64,000 nucleotides of DNA from Klebsormidium nitens (Eukaryota > Plantae > Klebsormidiophyceae), in NCBI GenBank assembly GCA_000708835.1, contig DF236986.1, positions 241,387-305,386 of the forward strand, in the 5' to 3' direction. The notes under the pieces were generated by a model, which was given only the letters and a program-made list of their open reading frames with translations, ran no database searches and was not told the origin of the DNA. A program made the position numbers and the translations under genes. This document shows, piece after piece, positions 62,953-64,000 of this stretch (within the stretch, counting starts at the first letter, position 1; each line of letters starts with the position of its first letter).

Positions 62953-63289
62953 TATTGACTTGTGGTCACTTGGTCTTCTCTTGGTCTTTTACTAATCAGT
63001 TGAAACCAGCTGCTAGTGAAAGCTGATTGATGCTATCTAAGCCCGCAAGCACAGGAAACTCTGGTTGCTAACCGTGCTGATTACCAGACTCGAGTCTCAG
63101 GTTATCGGACAGACTTGTTTCAAGGCTGGTTATAGCCCAATTCTGGCTATTGGACCGGCACTCTTGATTGAAACCACCTTGAAACCAGCCCACAGCCAGC
63201 TCATAACCATCATGGTTATGGGCCAAATACTCCTGTGAAGAACCATTGTATTGAATGGAACAGACTCCGAGTTGAACATTTTACTAAGC

Positions 63290-63538
63290 TTGCTGAAGCA
63301 CTCGCTACCTTCGAAACTCATCTGCTCATTTCAGAAACCATTGACATTCAACCGACTCCGAGTTGGACATTTGTAGGCTTGCTGAAGCACTCGCTACCTT
63401 CGAAACTCATCCGTTCATTTCAGAAATCATTGACATTCTAACATTCAACCGACTCCGAAATGGACATTTGTAGGCTTGCTGAAGCACTCGCTACCTTCGA
63501 AACTCATCTGCTCATTTCAGAAACCATTGACATTCATT
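63290..63538. repeat. Tandem repeat, ~89-97 bp unit, ~2.7 copies
   Basis: ttgctgaagcactcgctaccttcgaaactcatc.g.tcatttcagaaa.cattgacattc begins at 63290, 63379 and 63476. Confidence 0.92.
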
Positions 63539-64000
63539 TCTTGCGTTTGAAGTCCTCTTCATGTCCGAAAAGGCTTGTATGAATTGCAGTTAATTCAAAA
63601 CTCGAAACATGGATTGTCACACTACCATTGAAATCTTGATTTCGTTAATATTGTGCTGGCATGATTTCGCAATGCTCGAATCCATCTGCGGATTGGAGGC
63701 GCGCATGGTCTTCTTCACGATTCTACATCGAAGCGCTCTGCTGAGTACCTTTTCCCCACCCACAAAAGGCGGGCCCAAGAAAGAAGCCAAGGGACCCTGG
63801 GGGGGTTTTTAATGGCTCCAGCGCAGTCAAATTTAGACAGACTTCGATGTAGAATAGTGATAGAATGTGACGGCGGGGCTAGTTAGCACGCCGTTGGACT
63901 GAATACACTTACGGCTGTCAGTCTGCTTACACATGTGCGGAAACCATGGGCAAGCTTTACAGCCAACAGACAAGGAAAACACGCGAGAGCGCCTCTCTGT

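Noticed and set aside
1-64000. tRNA/rRNA genes
   Set aside because: None recognised by eye. A tRNAscan-SE/Infernal run would be needed to exclude small ncRNAs.

Overview
Eukaryotic nuclear DNA with GC-rich exons and many GT-AG introns. Gene content and style suggest a streptophyte alga such as Klebsormidium (inference). I reconstructed the spliced genes by hand from exon phases. In order: a NEN-family DEDDh exonuclease with a long low-complexity insert (-, runs off the left edge); an organelle-targeted Ap4A/RppH-type Nudix hydrolase (+); a 5'-truncated LINE; a giant (~2,380 aa, >=17 exons) PQQ-type beta-propeller + 2x LamG + hydrophobic helical C-terminal protein (-), head-to-head with a second uncharacterised propeller-like gene (+); TDP2 (-); a Trp/Tyr permease (+); MSI4/FVE with an acidic tail (-); two MITE-like elements; a possible REase-fold gene; a degenerate unknown gene; and transposon-like repeats at the right end. 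Two things stand out. (1) The giant propeller/LamG protein and its divergent partner look like an uncharacterised, possibly bacterial-derived two-gene module that has acquired introns. (2) Four unrelated housekeeping genes carry six diverged tandem duplications that each span a splice site, leaving 'echo' copies of the acceptor or donor plus an exon fragment inside the intron.
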